From: Acidobacteriota bacterium
GTDB lineage: Bacteria; Acidobacteriota; UBA890; WLXD01
Length of the DNA: 64,000 nucleotides
NCBI GenBank assembly: GCA_963666055.2
Contig: CAXWPH010000002.1
Location: forward strand, 1 to 64,000
Direction of reading: 5' to 3'
The notes under the pieces were generated by a model. The model worked only from the letters and a program-made list of their open reading frames with translations, had not been told where the DNA came from and did no database searches. Both the position numbers and the translations under genes were made by a program. The stretch's first letter is position 1. Each line of letters opens with the position of its first letter. Below are positions 31,430-46,546 of this stretch, in pieces.

Positions 31430-32425
31430 ATGGCGGGAGTGCCCGCGTCGGAGCTAGCGGCGAGCATTCGCGCCGGTGATCGGTCGTCGCTGGCTCGCGC
31501 CATCACCCTGATCGAGAGCGCCCGCGCCGAAGATCAGCGGCGCGCCGAGGAGCTGCTCGAAGAGCTCGCACCCCATATCGGCGATGCCTGGCGCATTGGC
31601 GTGAGCGGCGTGCCCGGGGTCGGCAAGAGCACGTTCATCGATGCGCTCGGCGCCTGGCTGGTTGATCAGGACCGCCGCGTTGCGGTGCTGGCGGTCGATC
31701 CGTCGTCGACGCTTTCGGGCGGCAGCATCATGGGCGACAAGACGCAGATGGCGCGCCTCTCGAAGCTCGACAACGCCTTCGTGCGACCCACGCCGTCCGC
31801 ACAGACTCTCGGAGGCGTGGCATCGAGGACGCGGGAGGCGATGCTGCTGTGCGAAGCAGCCGGATTCGATGTGGTGATGATCGAGACCGTCGGCGTCGGA
31901 CAGTCCGAGACCGTGGTCGCCGACATGGTCGACTGCTTCCTCGTGCTCATGCTCCCCGGAGCGGGCGACGAGCTGCAAGGAATCAAGAAGGGCATTCTCG
32001 AGGTCGCCGACATCGTGGCGGTCAACAAGGCCGACGGCAGCAACGTCGAACGCGCCCGCGAGGCTGTTGCGGACTACAGCGCTGCGCTGCGTTACGGACG
32101 CTCCGAGCCGACCAGCTGGCGTCGTCGTGCCGCCATGACAAGCGCCACCACCGGTGACGGCATTGCCGAAATTTGGGCCCTGGTTGAAGAGCATCGCGCC
32201 ACGCTGGCAGGCAGTGGCGAGCTCGCCGAGCGTCGACGACGCCAGCGCATCAAGTGGATGTGGGGCCTGATCGAGGAAACCTTGATTCGCGACTTTCGGG
32301 CGCGCGGGGAATCTTCCGGGCAGGTGGCTGCCACCGAGCAGGCGCTGCTCGACGGCGCGGTCACCCCGCGCCGTGCGGCACGAGAGCTCATGGCGCGTCT
32401 GGCCGGTGAACCGGATTCCCACTGA
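31430..32425 (+). CDS. meaB: Methylmalonyl-CoA mutase-associated GTPase
   Basis: LARAITLIES, GVPGVGKST, LAVDPSS, ETVGVGQSE, GDELQGIKKG, NKAD. Confidence 0.95.
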   Translation: MAGVPASELAASIRAGDRSSLARAITLIESARAEDQRRAEELLEELAPHIGDAWRIGVSGVPGVGKSTFIDALGAWLVDQDRRVAVLAVDPSSTLSGGSIMGDKTQMARLSKLDNAFVRPTPSAQTLGGVASRTREAMLLCEAAGFDVVMIETVGVGQSETVVADMVDCFLVLMLPGAGDELQGIKKGILEVADIVAVNKADGSNVERAREAVADYSAALRYGRSEPTSWRRRAAMTSATTGDGIAEIWALVEEHRATLAGSGELAERRRRQRIKWMWGLIEETLIRDFRARGESSGQVAATEQALLDGAVTPRRAARELMARLAGEPDSH

Positions 32426-32605
32426 ACTTGTGGAAATCCCTGTGGAAGAGCGCCGCCGCTTCGCACGTCGGTGCCGCAGGGTCGGCCACTTCTCCGTTTT
32501 GCACCACGAACGGTGCAGCCCTATGTCATTTGCCGAAACGGCTCGCAGCTTGTTAGCTATGCGGCGGCCCCGGCCCGCTCAGCTCACCGCATCGAGGTGT
32601 GAAGA

Positions 32606-35214
32606 ATGTTGAAGGCGACCCGACCTGACTGTCGCATGCGCACTCGTTCCGTGTCGCTCGTTCTGCTAGCCACGGTTCTTGTCGTCGCGCCGTCGTTTGC
32701 CCAGGAAGAAGGTCAGGCGGTGCGCGCCAACCGCGAGCTGGCGATGCGGTTCAGCCAGGACAAGATGGACAAGATGATCTTCGACACTCAGGTGCAGCCG
32801 CACTGGCTCGAGGGTAGCGATCGCTTCTGGTACTCCTGGGAAAGCTCGGAGGGCAAGAGCTTCTGGCTGGTTGATCCTGCACGCCGCAGCAAGACGCCGA
32901 TCTTCGACAACGACGACATGGCGGCGCAGCTCACCCTGCTCACCAAAGACCCGTACGACGCCAAGCACCTGCCGATCGAAAAAATCCGCTGGGTAAACGA
33001 CAACACCACCCTGCAGTTCGATGTCGTCAGCTCGCTAGACGAGGAGCGCGAGGCATCCGAAGGTGAACAGGAAGAAGACGATTCTGAACCCCGCCGCAAG
33101 CCGAAGAAGAAGGTGCACCACTTCGAGTACGAGCTCGGCACCGGCCAGGTGCGTGAGCTCACCGACTTCGAGGCACCCGCCGACCATCCCGAGTGGGCTG
33201 CCATCTCTCCCGACCAGCAGTGGGTGTTGTTCGGGCGCGCTTACGACCTCTACATGATGGACGCCGCCAACTATCAGAAGTACTTGGAGAAGGAGAAGGC
33301 AAAGGAGGATTCCGGCGAGGGCGATGACGAGGAGGACACTGACGATGAGCAGGAGTCCGACGTCGATCCGGACATCGAGGAGATCCGTCTGACAAAGGAC
33401 GGCGAGCAACACTATGCCTACACGCGGCGGCAGCGCGGCATGACCGACAAAGAGCGCGCCAAGAAACTCGGCCGTCGACAGCCGGTTGCCATTACCTGGT
33501 CACGCGATTCCTCGAAGTTTGCTCTCGAGCGCGCCGATCGTCGCGAGGTCGACGAGCTCTGGGTGATCAATGCTGTGGCCGAGCCGCGCCCGACGCTCGA
33601 GACCTACCGCTACGAGATGCCCGGCGAGGAACACGTCACCCAGTCGGAGATCTGGGTGTTCGACATCGCGGCGCGGCAGGGCAAGAAGATCGACACGGAG
33701 CGATTCACCGATCAGACAGTGAACATCCTCAGCGCCCGGCAGTTCCCGCGCCCCGACGCCGAGGACCCGATCCCGTCACTGTGGCTGTCGGAAAGCGCCA
33801 ACGAGCTTTATTTTGGCCGCATCAGCCGCGACCTGAAGCGCTACGACGTTGCAGTGGCTGACCTGGGGTCGGGTTCTACCCGAGTGTTGATCGAGGAGCG
33901 GCTCAATACCTACGTGGAGGTCCAGCCGGTCGAGCTGCTCAGCACCGGCGAGATGGTCTGGTGGTCGGAGCGTGATGGATGGGGCCATTACACCTCTACG
34001 GCTCCGACGGCAACGTGCGCAACCGCATCACCTCGGGCCCGTACTCTAACCGGCGCATCGAGGGCATCGACGAGGACAACCGGGTGCTGTACTTCACCGC
34101 CAACGCTCACGAGGAGGGCGAAGACCCGTACTACACGCACCTGTATCGCGTTCGACTCGATGGCACCGGCATGACGTTGCTCAACCCCGGCGACGCCAAC
34201 CACCAAACCAGCATCAGCGAGAGCAACGACTACTTTGTCGACAACCTGTCGCGCGTTGATACCGTGCCGATGTCGATGTTGCATGACGGCGACGGCGAGG
34301 TGTTGATGGAGCTCGAGCAGGCTGATCTGTCGCTCCTGATGGAGGCTGGCTACGAGTTCCCTGAGCCGTTCATGGTCAAGGCGGACGACGGCGTCACCAA
34401 CCTCTACGGCGTGGTGTACAAGCCATTCGACTTCGACGAGGACCGCCGCTACCCGATCATTGCCTACGTCTACCCGGGGCCGCAGACCGAAGCTGTCACC
34501 AAGTCGTTCAGCACCCGGGCGCAGAACGTCCATCTGGCGCAGCTCGGCTTCGTGGTCATCGAAGTTGGAAACCGCGGCGGCCATCCGGCGCGCTCGAAGT
34601 GGTACCACAACTACGGATACGGCGATCTGCGTGACTATGGCCTGGCCGACAAGAAGGCTGCCATTGAGCAATTGGCGCTGCGCCACGACTACGTAGACAT
34701 CGACCGGGTGGGGATCTTCGGCCACTCCGGCGGTGGCTTCATGTCAACCGCCGCAATGCTCGTCTACCCCGACTTCTTCAAGGTGGCGGTGTCGTCGTCC
34801 GGCAACCACGAGAACCAGATCTACAACCGCTGGTGGAGCGAGAAGCACCACGGTGTGAAGGAGGTCATCGACGATGAAGGCAACGTCAGCTTCGAATACG
34901 GCATCGAGACCAATTCGCAGCTGGCCAAGAACCTAAAGGGCAAGCTGCTGCTCACCACCGGCGATATCGACAACAACGTCCACCCGTCGCTGACCTACCG
35001 AATGGCCCACGCCCTCATCAAAGCCAACAAGCGCTTCGACTTCTTCGTGTTCCCGGGCGAGCGCCACGGCTATCGCGATACTGCCGACTACTGGGCGTGG
35101 CTACGGGCAGAGTACTTCTGCGAGCACTTGCTAGGTGATCGGCCCGGCGGCGTCGACATGGACGTGCTGAACCGGGAGATCGGCATGACCGGGGGCTCGG
35201 GGACGGATCGCTAG
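32606..35214 (+). CDS. S9B dipeptidyl-peptidase IV family protein, frameshift near 33985
   Basis: Signal peptide and beta-propeller (WWSERDGWGH), then YPGPQ, GHSGGG nucleophile, DNNVH, PGERHG. Confidence 0.9.
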
Positions 35215-35253
35215 CAGGCCATCCGCGGGAGCGGTTCGCCGGGGGCCCCAATG

Positions 35254-37083
<1,830 letters not shown>

Positions 37084-37307
37084 GTCTGTGAGCAGACGAG
37101 CGCCCGTTCAGGGAGATTTCGGGAGGTGACCGTACTCGACCAGCACGACCAGACCACCATTGTAGCCGGGTGCTGGCCGCACCGTTCGCATAGCCGCGCC
37201 GCCAGGCGAGCGGAAACCAACCCCCAGCTTGGCACCAACTATCCGTCGACTGCTACAGTGAGCAACGAGCGACGAACGAGTCCACTGAAGGGTGGCGAGG
37301 AGCAGCC

Positions 37308-38348
37308 ATGTTGATCAGGAAGCGGCGCGGCTGGGAGATCCCGGAGCGGCAGGTTACCCCGGAGAGCATCTATCTGAATCGCCGCAAGGTTCTGCAGGGC
37401 ATGGGTCTGGCGGCGATCGGCGCAGGGGGCGCGTACGGGGCGTCGAGGGCGCTGGCCAACGGCGGGCTGATGATGCAACAGGCCGTTCCCATGCCCGACT
37501 CGGTGGTCTACCCGAGCGGCCCTGCGGCCGACCTGTACCCGGCGACTCCTCATCCACGCCTGACGCTCGAGGACGCCGGCCGACCGCTGACTGAGCCGGC
37601 ATTGACGCATGCCTACAACAACTTCTACGAGTTCGAGACGCCCAAGCAGGGCGTGTGGCGCAACGTTGGCAACTTCCAGACCGAACCCTGGGCTTTCGAG
37701 GTGACGGGGCTGGTCAGCAAGCCGGGCACCTACGACCTCGAGGAAGTGATGCGCAAGATGCCGCTCGAGGAGCGCGTCTGTCGTTTCCGCTGCGTCGAGC
37801 GCTGGGCCGCGGTTATCCCGTGGTCGGGCTTTCCGTTCCGGGCGTTCCTCGAGCTCGTCGAGCCGCAGCCTCGCGCCAAGTACGTCGCCATGTACACGGC
37901 CAATCGGCCGGATGAGATGCCCGGCATCCGGTCGCAGCCGTGGTACTCGTGGCCGTACCACGACGGCCTGTCGATCGAGGAGGCCAACAACGAGCTGGCG
38001 TTCCTGGTCACGGGCTCCTACGGCAAGCCGAACCCGAAGCAGAACGGCGCCCCGATCCGCTTCATCACGCCGTGGAAGTTCGGCTTCAAGCAGGTGAAGT
38101 CGATCGTCAAGTTCGACTTCGTCGAGCGCCAGCCACGCACCTTCTGGAACGATTCGCAGCCGAGCGAATACGGCTTCTGGGCCAACATCAATCCGAAGGT
38201 CCCCCACCCGCGCTGGTCGCAAGCACAAGAATGGTTGATTAACAACGGCGACGTTTACGACACCCAGATCTACAACGGCTACGGTGAGTGGGTGGCTGAC
38301 ATGTACGCGCCGATGGAGAAGGAGCTCGGCCTCTGGCTCTACCGCTGA
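37308..38348 (+). CDS. msrP: Methionine sulfoxide reductase catalytic subunit (Mo cofactor, Tat-exported)
   Basis: TPESIYLNRR, YNNFYEF, FRCVERW, QNGAPIR, PWKFGFKQVKSI, EYGFWANINP..HPRWSQA. Confidence 0.93.
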   Translation: MLIRKRRGWEIPERQVTPESIYLNRRKVLQGMGLAAIGAGGAYGASRALANGGLMMQQAVPMPDSVVYPSGPAADLYPATPHPRLTLEDAGRPLTEPALTHAYNNFYEFETPKQGVWRNVGNFQTEPWAFEVTGLVSKPGTYDLEEVMRKMPLEERVCRFRCVERWAAVIPWSGFPFRAFLELVEPQPRAKYVAMYTANRPDEMPGIRSQPWYSWPYHDGLSIEEANNELAFLVTGSYGKPNPKQNGAPIRFITPWKFGFKQVKSIVKFDFVERQPRTFWNDSQPSEYGFWANINPKVPHPRWSQAQEWLINNGDVYDTQIYNGYGEWVADMYAPMEKELGLWLYR

Positions 38349-40406
<2,058 letters not shown>

Positions 40407-40507
40407 CAGGGAGCTCCGGTCGAGTTTCGGTGGAAGCGTCGTTTGCAGCGAGTCCGCCAGGCCCCTCGGGTTTGCGGCCGCCACCCGGCGTTGGGTACCT
40501 TGTCAGT

Positions 40508-41506
40508 ATGTGCTCCCGACAGCAATCACTGCTGCGCGGCTCGGCATTCGTGACGCTGGGACTGGCTTTGGCCGTCAGCGGTGCCAGTGCCCAGCAGGCG
40601 CCCGGCTTCCGCACGTCGGTCGATATCGTGCGGCACAGCGTTGCCGTGCTCGACTCTCGGGGGGAGCCGGTTCCGGGGTTGCAGGCGGCCGATTTCAGGA
40701 TCGAGGAAGACGGCGTGCTGCAGCAGATCAGCGTATTTCTGGCACCGGGGTCGACACCGCTCGACGTGGCGCTGCTACTCGACTCGAGCACCAGTCTCTT
40801 GCACTGGTCACGCGTCGTGCGCCACGCCGCCAAGACGTTCTTGCGACGGCTCGACGTGCGCGACTGCGTCTACTTGCTGCCGTTCAACGATGTGGTCGGC
40901 CCGGGAAGATGGGCGCGGTCGCTCGAGCCGGCTCTGGCGGCGCGCGTCGACGGCATCTTCATGGATGGAGGTACGGCGCTGCACGACGCCCTGATCGACG
41001 GGTTGAGCACCGTGTACTCGATGAGCACCGGCCGGCCTCGCATCGAGCTCGATTCCCGCGCCGGAGAGGTCGCCGATCGGGGCTCGTGCAGCTCGCGCTC
41101 CGAGGCCGACACCGACTCCATGCCGATCCGACGGGCCGCCTTGGTGCTGCTGACCGATGGCGACGACCATGACAGTGAGCGTCGCTTCGACGAGGTTCTC
41201 GACGCCGCGCGTGAGACCGCCGTTCCGGTCTTCCCGATGATTCTCGGTGCGGCGCGAAGCGATGAGCGGCTGCGCGAAAAGCTCAGCCGGCTCGCCGGCG
41301 AAACCGGGGGTACGATCATCGACGCCATCCGGCCCGATGAGCTCGAGAGCGCCTACGACGACGTGGTGATCATGCTGCGGGCGTCGTACTTGCTCGGTTA
41401 CGACCCGGAGAGCCCCGCGGCGCAGCCGGTTCGCCAGCGGCAAGTATCGGTGCGCTCACGTCGACCGAGCTATCGGCTGGTGTTCCGCGAATACTACTAC
41501 CGCTAG
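40508..41506 (+). CDS. Secreted VWA domain protein (acidobacterial VWFA-related type)
   Basis: FRTSVDIV...[31 protein letters not shown] (MIDAS), [27 protein letters not shown]. Confidence 0.85.
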   Translation: MCSRQQSLLRGSAFVTLGLALAVSGASAQQAPGFRTSVDIVRHSVAVLDSRGEPVPGLQAADFRIEEDGVLQQISVFLAPGSTPLDVALLLDSSTSLLHWSRVVRHAAKTFLRRLDVRDCVYLLPFNDVVGPGRWARSLEPALAARVDGIFMDGGTALHDALIDGLSTVYSMSTGRPRIELDSRAGEVADRGSCSSRSEADTDSMPIRRAALVLLTDGDDHDSERRFDEVLDAARETAVPVFPMILGAARSDERLREKLSRLAGETGGTIIDAIRPDELESAYDDVVIMLRASYLLGYDPESPAAQPVRQRQVSVRSRRPSYRLVFREYYYR

Positions 41507-41522
41507 CGTTCCGCACCGAGCG

Positions 41523-42101
41523 TTAGCCGACGCGGCGGACTTCCGGATAGCGGAAACAATCCACCGTATGGTCGTTCACCAATCCGGCAGCCTGCATGAA
41601 GGCGTAGCAGATTGTCGGTCCGACGAAGCGAAACCCGCGCTGCCGCAACTCCTTGCTCATGGCCTCGGATGTCGGGGTCTGCGCCGGGATGTCACTCAGC
41701 GCGCGCCAGGCGTTCTGCACCGGGACACCGTCGACGAAATCCCAGATGTAACTGGTGAACGACCCCTCCGCGACCTGCAGACGCAAGAACGCGCGCGCGT
41801 TGTCGATGGCCGACGTCACCTTGAGGCGGTTGCGTACGATCCCCGCATCCCGCATCAAACGCTCGATGGAGCGCCGGTTGAACCGGGCAATACGCTCGGC
41901 GTCGAAGCCGGCAAAAGCCCTTCGATATCCTTCACGCTTCTTCAGGATTATCGACCAGCTGAGGCCGGCTTGCGCGCCTTCGAGCAACAGGAATTCGAAC
42001 AGCCGGCGATCGTCGCGAACCGGGACGCCCCACTCCAGGTCGTGGTACTCAATATCCAGAGGTCGACTCGATCCTGCCCACTCGCAACGCGTCAAGCTCA
42101 T
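41523..42101 (-). CDS. tag: DNA-3-methyladenine glycosylase I
   Basis: RCEW, YHDLEWG, LEGAQAGLSW, IVRNRLK, GFRFVGPTICYAFMQAAGLVNDH..DC. Confidence 0.95.
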   Translation of the reverse strand: MSLTRCEWAGSSRPLDIEYHDLEWGVPVRDDRRLFEFLLLEGAQAGLSWSIILKKREGYRRAFAGFDAERIARFNRRSIERLMRDAGIVRNRLKVTSAIDNARAFLRLQVAEGSFTSYIWDFVDGVPVQNAWRALSDIPAQTPTSEAMSKELRQRGFRFVGPTICYAFMQAAGLVNDHTVDCFRYPEVRRVG

Positions 42102-42121
42102 GAGGCACCCGGCGAGGGCTG

Positions 42122-43321
42122 CTATTCGCTCCGCAGCGCGTCGACCGGGTCAAGCGCCGCGGCACGGCGCGCCGGCAGCACACCGGCGGCGAGACCGGTA
42201 GCAAAGCTCACCGCCAGCGCAGCGATGACGAACTGGGTGGGGACATGTACGGGTAGCCCCGGCACTGCGGCGCGCGCCAGCATCGCCAGCCCGAAGCCCA
42301 GGCCGACACCTAGCGCGCCGCCCGCCAGCGAAAGCGCTCCCGACTCCGCCAGGAACAGCAGCTGTACCTGGGTCGAGGTTGCGCCGAGCGCCTTCAGGAG
42401 GCCGATCTCGGAGGTTCGCTCACCAACCGCGATCCACATGATGGTGAGGATACCGATCGAGCCAACCAGTAACGAAATGCCGCCGATGGCCATTACGCCC
42501 GCGGTGACCATGTCCATGACGTTGCCGAACACGGCAAGCATCTGGGTCTGCGTGGTGACGGTGAAATCCTCCCTCCCGTGGCGCTCGGTGAGTCGCGCCC
42601 GCACCGACGCCTCTACCTGCCGCTCGAGGCCACCGTGCGCGAAGATAACATCGATTTCCCACAGCTCGTCCTGGTTGAGCAGCTTCATCCCTTGTGCCAC
42701 CGGCACGTAGACCACGTCGTCGATGTCCATTCCGAGGATCTGGCCCTTGGGTTCCATGACCCCGATGACGCGAAACCTCTGACCGCCAACGCGTACGAAC
42801 TTGCCGAGCGCGCTGACCTCGCCAAACAACTCCCGTTTCAACGTTGGCCCCAGCACCGCCACCGAGCTCCCTCGTCGTGGGTCACCCGCCGGCAGGAAAC
42901 TGCCCTGCCGTACGCTGAACTTGAGCACATCGGTGAGCGCTTCAGTGGCTCCGTAGATGAATACCGAGCGTCCGCGCCCCTCCGCCTCGACTCTTCCCGA
43001 GCCGAGGGAGAACATCGCTACGCGCTCCACTCCAGGCAGCCTGGCGAGGGCCTCCGCATCGTCGATCGTCAGCTTCTTGGTAGTGCCGCCCAGCACACCC
43101 GGGATGCCGATGGTCTCCTGTTTGCCAGGGTTGACGGCAATGATATTGGTACCGAACTGGGTGAACTGGTCGAGCACGTAGCGGCGGGTTCCCTCGCCGA
43201 TGGCGGTGAGTAGGATCACCGCACAGACGCCGATGGCGATGCCCAGCATCGACAGGAACGTCCGTAGCCGGTGCCCGCGCAACGCCCCAGCGGCCAGCCT
43301 CAGCAGATCGGTGGTCGCCAC
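42122..43321 (-). CDS. MacB-like ABC transporter permease
   Basis: RTFLSMLGIAIGV, GSIGILTIMWIAVGERTSEIGLLKALGA, PARRAAALDPVDALR. Confidence 0.92.
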   Translation of the reverse strand: MATTDLLRLAAGALRGHRLRTFLSMLGIAIGVCAVILLTAIGEGTRRYVLDQFTQFGTNIIAVNPGKQETIGIPGVLGGTTKKLTIDDAEALARLPGVERVAMFSLGSGRVEAEGRGRSVFIYGATEALTDVLKFSVRQGSFLPAGDPRRGSSVAVLGPTLKRELFGEVSALGKFVRVGGQRFRVIGVMEPKGQILGMDIDDVVYVPVAQGMKLLNQDELWEIDVIFAHGGLERQVEASVRARLTERHGREDFTVTTQTQMLAVFGNVMDMVTAGVMAIGGISLLVGSIGILTIMWIAVGERTSEIGLLKALGATSTQVQLLFLAESGALSLAGGALGVGLGFGLAMLARAAVPGLPVHVPTQFVIAALAVSFATGLAAGVLPARRAAALDPVDALRSE

Positions 43322-43322
43322 G

Positions 43323-44522
43323 TCAGCCTCTCAGTGCGGCGATCGGGTCGAGCCTGGTTGCGGCACGCGCCGGCAGCACACCGAAGATCGCGCCGACGCC
43401 GATCGAGACGATCAAGGCGCCAGCAATCGCCCACGTCGGAGGTGTGGCATCGAGGGCCGGCAGAGCGACAACCAGGGTCTCGAGCGAGGCGGCGGCGATC
43501 CCCAGACCGACCAAGCCGCCGGCGGTGCTCAGCAGCACCGCTTCGGTCAGAAAGGCGAACAGTATCTGACGTGGATGGGCGCCAACCGCCTTGAGCAACC
43601 CGATTTCGTGGGTGCGCTCCGATACCGAAACTAGCATGACGTTCATGATACCGATCCCGGCAACGCTCAACGAGATCGCCGCGATCCCCGCTAGCGCGGC
43701 GGTCAACGCCGCGAAGATCTGAGAGAACGCGGACATTACGGCGTCCTGGGTTATGAGGGTGAAATCCTCTTCATCATGACGATCGACGAGAATCCTTGTA
43801 ACGTTGGCCTGGATACGATCGACGTCTGCTTGGGGATCATGCTGCAGCATGATACGGAACAGCGAGCTGCGGTTGAACAGGCGCATGCCGGTCGCCAGCG
43901 GCACCATCACGATCTGATCGAAGTCCATTCCCAGCGTCACGCCACGCGCCGCCATGACGCCGATCACGCGCATACGGAAGTCGCCGATGCGCACCACCCT
44001 GCCGATCGCGCCGGTGCCCGGAAAGAGGTCTCGGGCGATGCCGCTCCCGAGCACCGCCACCGAGGTGCCACGCTCCCAGTCGCCCTCAGGCAAGTAGCGA
44101 CCCGCACGCATCTCGATGTTGCGGAGGCCGCGCATCTCCGCCGTAGTTCCGAGGATCATCACTTGCTTGCTGCGTCCGCCGGCCGAGACCGTCTCGTTGC
44201 CGTTGGACACCGGTGCCACGCGGGTGACAGCGCGAACCTCGCAGGCCAGTGCTTCGGCGTCGGCGATGGTCAGATCGTTTGCTACTCCGCCGATTCCTGG
44301 AAACCCGCCTGTGGTCTCCGTTCGCCCCGGCACCACGATCAGGATGTTGGTGCCGAGCGAGGCGAACTGATCGATGACGTAGGTGCGGGCACCCTCGCCG
44401 AGTGACGTCAGGATGATCACCGAGGCGACACCAATGGCCACGCCGGTCATGCTCAGCCCCGTGCGCAGAGCATGGCCGCGTAGCGCCCGAATCGCGAAGC
44501 GCAGGATGTCGAGCGCGCTCAT
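43323..44522 (-). CDS. MacB-like ABC transporter permease
   Basis: GIGIMNVMLVSVSERTHEIGLLKAVGA, PARAATRLDPIAALR. Confidence 0.92.
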   Translation of the reverse strand: MSALDILRFAIRALRGHALRTGLSMTGVAIGVASVIILTSLGEGARTYVIDQFASLGTNILIVVPGRTETTGGFPGIGGVANDLTIADAEALACEVRAVTRVAPVSNGNETVSAGGRSKQVMILGTTAEMRGLRNIEMRAGRYLPEGDWERGTSVAVLGSGIARDLFPGTGAIGRVVRIGDFRMRVIGVMAARGVTLGMDFDQIVMVPLATGMRLFNRSSLFRIMLQHDPQADVDRIQANVTRILVDRHDEEDFTLITQDAVMSAFSQIFAALTAALAGIAAISLSVAGIGIMNVMLVSVSERTHEIGLLKAVGAHPRQILFAFLTEAVLLSTAGGLVGLGIAAASLETLVVALPALDATPPTWAIAGALIVSIGVGAIFGVLPARAATRLDPIAALRG

Positions 44523-45295
44523 CGGGCAGGTTCGCCGCTAGAGACGCCGACCGCCGACGGCACCGCGGCGCCATCCGCCGCCTCGACGGCGGCGATATAA
44601 GGGTTCACGTCGCCCAGGTCCGCGCCCCGCATCCTCGACACGATGTGCCCGTCCACCAACGTGATAACTCGATCGGCCCGCCGCGCTACTCCGGGGTCGT
44701 GGGTGACCAACAGCAGGGTCAACCCATGGCTTCTGAGCTCCTCGAGAAGGTCGAGCACCAGACCCCCGGAACGAGTATCGAGGTTGCCGGTAGGCTCGTC
44801 GGCGAGCAACAAACTCGGCTCCATGGTGATCGCCCGGGCGATGGCGACCCGCTGGCGCTCGCCGCCCGAGAGCTGATCCGGGCGGTGGTCGGCGCGGTCC
44901 AACAGGTTGACGGACTCCAGAGCGGCGTTTGCCAGCCGCCGCCGGTCGCGCCGCCCGACGCCGGCGAACATCATCGGCAGCTCGACGTTGCCTACCGAGG
45001 TGAGCCGCGGAACCAGGTGGAACGACTGGAAAACGAAGCCAATCAGGTCCCGGCGGATGCTGGTCAGCTGTGATTCGCTGAGCTGGGCAACTTCCTGGCC
45101 GTCGAGCTCATAGGAGCCACGGCTCGGGCGGTCGAGGCAGCCCAGGAGGTTCAGCAGCGTCGACTTACCCGAGCCCGAAGGGCCCATGATGGCGACGTGT
45201 TCCCCGGCCTCGATGTCCTCGTTGATCTCGCGCAATGCGTGTAGCGGCCGGCCGCCGACGTCGTACGTGCGCCAGATGTCGCGCAGCCGGATCAT
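44519..45295 (-). CDS. ABC transporter ATP-binding protein (LolD/MacB type)
   Basis: GPSGSGKST, LSGGERQRVAIAR, LLADEPTGNLD. Confidence 0.95.
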   Translation of the reverse strand: MIRLRDIWRTYDVGGRPLHALREINEDIEAGEHVAIMGPSGSGKSTLLNLLGCLDRPSRGSYELDGQEVAQLSESQLTSIRRDLIGFVFQSFHLVPRLTSVGNVELPMMFAGVGRRDRRRLANAALESVNLLDRADHRPDQLSGGERQRVAIARAITMEPSLLLADEPTGNLDTRSGGLVLDLLEELRSHGLTLLLVTHDPGVARRADRVITLVDGHIVSRMRGADLGDVNPYIAAVEAADGAAVPSAVGVSSGEPAR

Positions 45296-45296
45296 G

Positions 45297-46451
45297 TCAG
45301 CCCGCGCTGCTCTCCCCGGCGACCACCACCTCGGCGCCGGGTTGCACCTCGACGCGGTCGAGCGAGGTCACGACCCGATCGTTAGCGCCAAGGCCAGAGA
45401 GGATCTCGGTGAAATTCCAGTTGCGCAGCCCGATCTGCACTTCACGCCGTACCAGCGTGCCGTCTTCAACGACAAGCACTGCGCTGCCCTCGAGCAGGGT
45501 CGCGGTGGGCAGCCGCAGCGCGTCGTCGTGTGTTTCCAAGATGACCTCGACGTCCGCCGAGGTGCCAGGCAGCAGCGAGGAGGCGAGCTCCTGATCGTCG
45601 AGCTCCACTTCGATCTCCACCGTGCGATTCTGCGCCTCGATGTCGAGCACGTAGGGGGCAACGCGCGACACGGTGCCAGGGAATATCTTGCCGGGGTACG
45701 AATCGATGGTCGTGCGCACCTGTTGGCCGGCCATGATGCGCGCCGAGTCCACCTCGTCCATCGGTGCGCTGATGAAGATCGACGTGGTATCGATGATCTC
45801 CATCACCGGCGGTATCGGCAGCCCCGGTGGCGATGGTGTGGTGTATTCGCCGAGCTCGATCGATAGCTCCGAGACAACGCCGCCGAACGGCGCTCGTAGC
45901 ACCGTCTTACGCAGCTCGCTCTCGATTAGGCCGATCGACGCATCGGCACTCGCGACCATCGCATCGGCAGCTTCGCAGGATGCCGCCGAAGTCTGGGCCC
46001 GGCTGTCGAGCTGATCGAGCAGATTCTGCGACACGATCTGACGTGCCGCCAGCTCCTCATAGCGGGCGTACTCACGGCGCACTTGGTCGGCTGCGAGGCA
46101 AGCCTCACGGTGACGTGCCTCGGCGGTGATGACATCGCGCCGGGCCTTTTCCAATTGGGCCCGATGGGTCGAGTCATCGAGCTGCATCAGGACCTGGCCG
46201 CGTCGGACCTCTGAGCCGGCGCGCACCGGAAGCTCGACGACGCGCCCACCGATCTCGGGCGAGAGACTGGCCCGCCGCCTTGCCTTTACGGTGCCCGCCT
46301 TCGAGTTTGTGACCGTCGACTCGACTCGACCGCGGGTCGGCTGCAACACGCTCACTTCGATCGGCTGTGGCGCGAAGTACGTGAAACGCGCGTAAAAACC
46401 CGCCGCAACGAGCGCCGTCAGCACGACGATGCGGACCACCCACCTGAGCAT
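45297..46451 (-). CDS. Efflux periplasmic adaptor (MacA/HlyD-like)
   Basis: N-terminal anchor, lipoyl halves (EIGGRVVEL; LRAPFGGVV), coiled coil; first gene of the ABC operon. Confidence 0.9.
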   Translation of the reverse strand: MLRWVVRIVVLTALVAAGFYARFTYFAPQPIEVSVLQPTRGRVESTVTNSKAGTVKARRRASLSPEIGGRVVELPVRAGSEVRRGQVLMQLDDSTHRAQLEKARRDVITAEARHREACLAADQVRREYARYEELAARQIVSQNLLDQLDSRAQTSAASCEAADAMVASADASIGLIESELRKTVLRAPFGGVVSELSIELGEYTTPSPPGLPIPPVMEIIDTTSIFISAPMDEVDSARIMAGQQVRTTIDSYPGKIFPGTVSRVAPYVLDIEAQNRTVEIEVELDDQELASSLLPGTSADVEVILETHDDALRLPTATLLEGSAVLVVEDGTLVRREVQIGLRNWNFTEILSGLGANDRVVTSLDRVEVQPGAEVVVAGESSAG

Positions 46452-46546
46452 GAGGAAACTCTAGCACCCACACGCTTCGGCCAACTGCCGGGCGGACCGC
46501 CCGAGGACCTTCATGGACAACGCCGGCCGGCCGGTGAACGGCGCGG

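Noticed and set aside
22974-32422. Long antisense ORFs (22974..24362, 26031..27368, 27539..29035, 29153..31315, 31454..32422)
   Set aside because: Shadow ORFs opposite well-conserved genes, expected in high-GC DNA.
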